Part shown: positions 62,378 to 64,000 of the stretch, piece after piece
Numbering within the stretch: the stretch's first letter is position 1
Layout: the number at the start of each line of letters is the position of its first letter
Assembly: GCA_036524115.1 (NCBI GenBank)
Contig: DATDCY010000315.1
Span: forward strand, 41,917-105,916
DNA length: 64,000 bases
Source: a bacterium
GTDB taxonomy: Bacteria; JAUVQV01; DATDCY01
Direction: 5' to 3'
Made by a program: the position numbers and the translations under genes
Notes under the pieces: generated by a model
Database searches by the model: none
What the model was told of the DNA's origin: nothing
Seen by the model: the letters and a program-made list of their open reading frames with translations, nothing else

Positions 62378-64000
62378 GCCCGCGGTCCCACCCGCGGACT
62401 CGCCGCTCGCGAGGCTTTTCGAGCGGCTTCACCGCCGGCTCGCCGGCCGGCGCGCAGTCCTCGCCGCCGCCATGCTGGCCCTGGTTGCGGCGGCCGCCCT
62501 GGTCGCGGCGCGCGCGACCATCCGCGAGGACATCGGCGCGATGCTCCCCGACGAGCGCTCCGCCGTCGGGCGGGACTTCGAGCTCTTCTCCGGCACGCCG
62601 CTCGCCCGCACCGTGCTCGTGGCGCTCGTCGCGCAACCGGGGACCGCGGCCGGCGCCCTCGACGAGGCGGCGCAGCGCGTCGAGGCCGCGCTCGGGCCGC
62701 CGCTGTTCTCGCCCCGTCCGTCCCCGCCCGACCCGGCGCACGTCGCCGCCCTGCTGCCGCGCGCCCTCCAGGTCATGGCCGAGCCCGGCGACCTGGAGCG
62801 CCTCGCCGCGCTCGGCCCCCGGGACGTGGCGGGAAAGCTCGCCGCCGCCTACGAAACGCTGCTCTCGCCGCAGGGCATCGGGGCGAAGGCCTTCCTGCGG
62901 AACGATCCGCTCGGCGTCGCCGGGCCGATCCTGGCGCGCTTCACGCCGTCCGGGATGTCCCTCGAGGGCGGCGGCCAGCGCCAGCGCGGCCGGGACGGGC
63001 GCAGCCTGCTGCTGACCTTCGACTCGCCGGTGCCGATGACCGACTTCGGCAGGGCCCGGGAGGTCGACGCGCTGCTGCGCACGACCGCCGCGGCGCTGCC
63101 GCCGGGCGTCGCGATGCACGCGGTCAGCGGCCACCGCTACACGGTCGCGAACGCGGAGGCGATCCGCCGCGACCTGGCCGTGATCATCTCGGTCTCGTCA
63201 CTTGCGATCCTCGGCATCTACCTCTGGTTCCTGCGCAGCCGCCTGGCGGTCTTCGTCTTCCTCGTGCCGATGACGGTCCTCGTGCTCGCCACGGGCGGCA
63301 TCTCGCTGCTGCCCGGCGGGGTGTTCGCGATCACGCTCGGCTTCGGCGGCGTCCTGCTCGGCATGACCGACGAGTACGCGAGCTACGTGTTCTTCGCGAC
63401 CCGGCTCGGAGGCGCGGATCAGGCGCGCGCCGTGGGCGCGGCCGCGCGTCCCGTGGTGATGGGGGGCCTCGCCACGGCCACCTCCTTCGGGGTGATGGCC
63501 TTCTCCACCCTCCCGGGACAGCGGCAGCTCGGCATCTTCGGCCTGCTGGGCATCGTGACCTCGGTGCTGATCTCGCTCATCGTGCTTCCGCACTTCGTCG
63601 CGCCCGGCACGGCCCCCCTGCCGCCGCTGCCGCGCCCGCTGCCGCTTTCCGCGCGGCTCGTGCTGCCGGTGTGGATCGCGCTGCTCGTCCTGAGCCTCGC
63701 CGGCGCGACCCGCGTGCGGTTCGACGGCTCGATGGCCTCGCTCGGCTTCGTCACGCCCGAGCTGCGGGCGGCCGAGCGGGAGATCGGGACGGTCTCGGGC
63801 GACCTTGGGGGCAAGGCCGTGGTCTTCGCGCGCGGCGCCACGCTCGCAGAGGCGCTCGAGCGCAACGAGGCGGTGTACCGCCGCCTCGGCGGCACGCTGG
63901 CGCCGGCGGAGATCGTCAGCCTCGCCCCCGTGGTTCCCGGCGCCGGGACGCGCGAGCGACGGCAAGCCGATTGGCTGGCCTTCTGGCGCGGGCCGCAGGG
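62364..64000 (+). CDS. MMPL/RND-type exporter, N-terminal part (continues beyond window end)
   Basis: I translated 62364 onward by hand. It gives MDSSEPAVPP...AVLAAAMLALVAAAALVAARA, then a large periplasmic loop, then a TM block (IISVSSLAILGIYLWFLRSRLAVFVFLVPMTVLVLATGGISLL...GFGGVLLGMTDEYASYVFF). The frame is open to the window end. It is absent from the track because there is no stop. Confidence 0.7.
   Translation, partial: MDSSEPAVPPADSPLARLFERLHRRLAGRRAVLAAAMLALVAAAALVAARATIREDIGAMLPDERSAVGRDFELFSGTPLARTVLVALVAQPGTAAGALDEAAQRVEAALGPPLFSPRPSPPDPAHVAALLPRALQVMAEPGDLERLAALGPRDVAGKLAAAYETLLSPQGIGAKAFLRNDPLGVAGPILARFTPSGMSLEGGGQRQRGRDGRSLLLTFDSPVPMTDFGRAREVDALLRTTAAALPPGVAMHAVSGHRYTVANAEAIRRDLAVIISVSSLAILGIYLWFLRSRLAVFVFLVPMTVLVLATGGISLLPGGVFAITLGFGGVLLGMTDEYASYVFFATRLGGADQARAVGAAARPVVMGGLATATSFGVMAFSTLPGQRQLGIFGLLGIVTSVLISLIVLPHFVAPGTAPLPPLPRPLPLSARLVLPVWIALLVLSLAGATRVRFDGSMASLGFVTPELRAAEREIGTVSGDLGGKAVVFARGATLAEALERNEAVYRRLGGTLAPAEIVSLAPVVPGAGTRERRQADWLAFWRGPQ

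Noticed and set aside
63198-63965. 255-aa minus-strand ORF at the window end
   Set aside because: It is antisense to the MMPL exporter frame, which is open to the window edge and shows TM-block periodicity. The minus ORF is a His/Arg/Glu-rich repeat of no known type.
1-64000. Search for tRNA, rRNA, CRISPR arrays, transposases and integrases
   Set aside because: No direct-repeat/spacer arrays were seen. There was no rRNA-like conserved stretch. No intergenic region was long enough and cloverleaf-like on inspection. No DDE or tyrosine-recombinase motifs appeared in any frame I read. tRNA cannot be excluded without a covariance-model scan.

Overview
The window is about 70% GC bacterial DNA that is densely coding on both strands and looks like it comes from a diderm (Gram-negative) organism. 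I found no rRNA, tRNA, CRISPR array, transposase or integrase, though tRNA cannot be ruled out without a covariance search.

Three blocks are visible.

(i) Positions 1-8300 form a copper-type stress locus. It holds a partial HAMP-PAS sensor, an OmpR-family response regulator and histidine kinase pair, a secreted Met/Gly/Trp-rich protein, an MBL-fold hydrolase, a 771-aa multicopper oxidase and a periplasmic FKBP_N-domain protein.

(ii) Positions 8500-20100 encode envelope and secreted proteins and two adenylate-forming enzymes. These are:
- a YYYYY-containing lipoprotein;
- a coiled-coil protein;
- a FecR-like Trp-rich protein with 42-bp tandem repeats;
- a GNAT acetyltransferase followed by a 973-aa protein with a C-terminal M28 peptidase domain;
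- a pentapeptide-repeat protein with a collagen-like segment;
- an OmpW-like beta-barrel protein;
- FadD and a second AMP-ligase.

(iii) From about 20.2 kb to the window end (beyond 64 kb) lies a large lipid or polyketide-pigment biosynthetic island whose core resembles aryl-polyene (APE) and flexirubin clusters. It contains:
- DarA and DarB;
- four free-standing ACPs;
- four active ketosynthases plus a KS-CLF fusion;
- FabG;
- two hotdog dehydratases;
- a PKS-type DH fused to a PPTase;
- two thioesterases;
- a PlsC acyltransferase;
- a GT2-LpxL fusion;
- two SAM methyltransferases;
- a phytoene-desaturase-like oxidoreductase;
- a NodB deacetylase;
- a GT25-like glycosyltransferase;
- a LolA-like carrier and an MMPL exporter.

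This island is unusual because it also carries seven radical-SAM enzymes: four B12-binding class B, two tandem paralogs, and one SPASM type. Further, it has an ACP-linked ABC exporter, a DAK2-DegV fusion, and an inserted Fic plus Phd/RelE module. The island is the most likely location of an undescribed system.

All calls rest on reading motifs in the supplied translations and on my own reverse-complement translation of the first kilobase. No database search was run.
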